DNA of 64,000 nucleotides from Dendrobates tinctorius (Eukaryota): NCBI RefSeq assembly GCF_039654945.1, contig NW_027361743.1, positions 31,682,001 to 31,746,000 of the forward strand, read 5' to 3'. Shown piece by piece: positions 61,563 to 64,000 of this stretch (position 1 is its first letter; each line of letters starts with the position of its first letter). The notes under the pieces were generated by a model. It saw only the letters and a program-made list of their open reading frames with translations, ran no database searches and was not told where the DNA came from. The position numbers and the translations under genes were made by a program.

Positions 61563-61991
61563 TGTGGCAGGGCTAAGGGTCGTGTAATCGATGGGAGATA
61601 TGTGCCTCATAAATGGCTTGTCTCTATAATGTAAAGCATAAGTAAAGCATACCAGATATGGTTATTGTTGTTGTTTGAAGGACCTGTGGTGAGGTCACAG
61701 TCAGGTGACCAGTCAGCTGCTGGGATCGTGGGTGTGGCTACAGCCTTATAATGTGGCCTGCTCCTGAACCAGGGAGCTGTATGTGGGTAGGACTAAGCCT
61801 CCCATGTGTGCTGAGACTCCTGCTCTGAGTCCTCAACCAAGGACATTTTGTGTTATTTTGCCTGAGCTAAAGGCTACTTTTTGGGTGTTACGCTGCCTTG
61901 TGTGTTTATGACGTGAATAAACCGCAAGCACTGTTGAAGAACCTGTCTCATATTTGTCTCCCGCTGCACCTAAGCGAGTCACATCCCCACA
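61563..61991 (+). repeat. 5' LTR of the Gmr1-like element
   Basis: TGTGG...CCACA termini; TATAA at about 61747; AATAAA at about 61916. Confidence 0.85.
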
Positions 61992-61993
61992 AT

Positions 61994-62013
61994 TGGTGGT
62001 AGACGTGCGGGCA
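61994..62013 (+). promoter_or_regulatory. Primer-binding site, tRNA-Ala-like (imperfect)
   Basis: TGGTGGTAGACGTGCGGGCA versus tRNA-Ala complement TGGTGGAGAATGCGGGCA, 2 nt after the LTR. Confidence 0.6.
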
Positions 62014-62094
62014 GCAGTCCAAGCAGAGACTTGAGACAGTTGCTGCATGTCCTGGGTGAAGTTTGCAGCCGGGCAACAAGCACTGCCTGCAATA

Positions 62095-63270
62095 ATGGAG
62101 GACCTCATGAAACACCTGGTCCAGTCCCAGGCACTGCAGCAGGAAACCAACAAGCTGTTGTTACAGCAGTTCCAGCAGAGCCAGCAGGAACAACGGCAGC
62201 AGATGCAGCTTCTGGCAACCACCATCCAGGAGGGCAGGACGAGCGCCCCAACCCCAGTTCGGGCTGATGCCACCGACGTCGAGAAGGCGATAAGGCACGC
62301 ATTACAAAAAATGACCCCTGAGGATGATGTGGAGGCCTTCCTGACTGTGTTTGAGAGGGTGGCTGAGAGGGAAAAACTTCAGCCAGAGCTGTGGGCGGAG
62401 GTACTGGCCCCATACCTAACGGGGGAGCCCCAGAAGGCGTACTTTGACCTGATGGTACAAGATGCTAGAGAGTATCCCAAATTAAAAGCGGAAATTCTCG
62501 CACGCTTGGGGGTAACAATGACTACCAGGGCACAGCGAGTTCATCGCTGGGCCTATCACCGGGACAAACTCCCGCGCTCCCAAATGTTTGACATGTTGCA
62601 CCTGGTCCAGAAATGGCTGCAGCCAGAGTCGGCTTCCCCTGCACAGATGGTAGAGCGAGTTGTGATGGATCGGTTTGTGCATTCTCTGCCGAGACCTCTA
62701 CAGACTTGGGTTGCCCAGGGTGATCCCCAAAATGCTGATGAACTGGTTGGGCTGGTTGAGAGATACCAGGGGATGGAAGGTTCCTTGGGGAAGCAGCCCA
62801 TTCCGTATTGGGGGTCCCAGCAGGGGGCGGAGTCCCAAAAAGGGGTGGTGCGTCCAAGGTCAGAAGGGGCGGGGGAGGCGGTGCCCAAGGTCCCCTCGGG
62901 TGATATTATTTGCTGGAAGTGTCACAGGCCAGGACATATAGCGGCCCGTTGTCCCCAGACTACCGAGCCGATGGACTGCAGCATGGGACGCCGTAGTTCA
63001 TACTACGCATATCCAGCTTGCAGTGTGAACTCGCTACCTAACAAGGGGCCACAAGCATGTCCCGTGAAGGTGAACGGTCGAGCAGTAATGGCACTTCTGG
63101 ACTCCGGGAGCTTGGTGACCCTTGTGAGGGCCAGTTTTCCTCTCAACATACTCCCGAGTAAAAAGATTGGTGTTCGGTGCATACATGGCGATGCAAAGGA
63201 CTACCCTATGGCTAGGGTGAATATTGAAACGGCGCATGGCACCGTGTCGCATGAAGTTGGCGTTGTTTGA
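62095..63270 (+). CDS. Gag (coiled coil, SCAN-like capsid CTD, CCHC) + aspartic protease; premature TGA, with the frame continuing into pol
   Basis: KWLQPESASPAQMVERVVMDRFVHSLP..LQTWV SCAN signature; in-frame stops at 63268 and 63568. Confidence 0.85.
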   Translation: MEDLMKHLVQSQALQQETNKLLLQQFQQSQQEQRQQMQLLATTIQEGRTSAPTPVRADATDVEKAIRHALQKMTPEDDVEAFLTVFERVAEREKLQPELWAEVLAPYLTGEPQKAYFDLMVQDAREYPKLKAEILARLGVTMTTRAQRVHRWAYHRDKLPRSQMFDMLHLVQKWLQPESASPAQMVERVVMDRFVHSLPRPLQTWVAQGDPQNADELVGLVERYQGMEGSLGKQPIPYWGSQQGAESQKGVVRPRSEGAGEAVPKVPSGDIICWKCHRPGHIAARCPQTTEPMDCSMGRRSSYYAYPACSVNSLPNKGPQACPVKVNGRAVMALLDSGSLVTLVRASFPLNILPSKKIGVRCIHGDAKDYPMARVNIETAHGTVSHEVGVV

Positions 63271-64000
63271 GATTTGTTGCATCCTATAATTATTGGCCGG
63301 GATTTCTGTCTGTTTTGGGATCTGTGGGGGATGGGTTCTGAGGGTGCTAGCAAGAGAAGGGAACCAATCCACTCCACTGAGGTATCGCCACCACCTGAGG
63401 CAGGCGGGTTTCCTTTATGTGTCCTTGTTGGGGATGAAGAGGAAGGGTCCCCTGTACCTGACATCCCGGAGTTAGGGGTGGCCGGGGAGAATTTTGGGAC
63501 TGCCCAACATAGGGACCCCACACTAAGGGAAGCCTTTAACAATGTCACCGTCATTAATGGGGTTGCATAAGAGCCGGGAGCAGACACAAGGTTTCCCTAT
63601 TTTATGTTGAATGGAGAATTGTTGTACCGGGTCACGAAAATAAGGGAGGAAGGGGTGGAGCAGTTAATAGTACCAGGCCCCTATAGACGGAAAGTGTTGG
63701 ACATGGCCCATTCACACATCTTGGGGGGACACCTGGGGGTGGAAAAACGCAGGAACGGATTGTACAGAGGTTCTATTGGCCTGGGTGTCACCAGGAAATA
63801 GTAAACTATTGCAGATCGTGCCCGACATGTCAGTTAACTGCCCCCACATCTCATTTTCGGAACCCTCTTGTGCCACTGCCCATTATTGAGGTGCCATTTG
63901 AGAGAATTGCCATGGACTTGGTCGGTCCCTTAGTTAAATCAGCTCGGGGCCATCAGTATATATTAGTCATCCTGGACTATGCCACATGCTATCCTGAGGC

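Larger units (their letters stand above)
61563..64000 (+). mobile_element. Gmr1-like Gypsy retrotransposon (SCAN-domain gag; protease followed directly by integrase); runs off the window
   Basis: 5' LTR, PBS, SCAN-like capsid, CWKCHRPGHIAARC, LLDSGS, then integrase HHCC (AHSHILGGH...CRSCPTC) and PFERIAMDLVGP. Confidence 0.93.

Noticed and set aside
62047-63270. Host SCAN zinc-finger gene
   Set aside because: No C2H2 array; flanked by LTR/PBS and followed by protease and integrase.

Overview
A 64-kb transposon-saturated vertebrate window, very likely from a frog. That is inferred from the repeat repertoire (V-SINE, CR1, 2A-bearing L2, Tc1, Harbinger, SCAN-gag Gmr1-like Gypsy, epsilon-like ERV) and is not proven. 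No host protein-coding gene was recognised. The window is built from three nested insertion stacks (about 1-7.9 kb, 20.8-33 kb and 46.9-56.7 kb) whose order can be read from target-site duplications (TSDs). The most notable signal is non-coding. Short Penelope-type non-autonomous inserts carry self-cleaving ribozyme folds. Three are minimal type-I hammerheads, two of which have the compensated U3-A8 core. Three clear copies and one decayed copy belong to an atypical HDV-like (delta) double-pseudoknot, with shared deviations from the canonical fold (C1-G37, L3 UUGNCGU, P1.1 G22-C38) and full P1 covariation between unrelated copies. Two of these delta motifs sit once per ~396-bp tandem monomer in a 13-bp-TSD insertion. 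This is the architecture of a retrozyme, but with a delta rather than a hammerhead ribozyme. All folds were derived by eye and none has been tested for cleavage.
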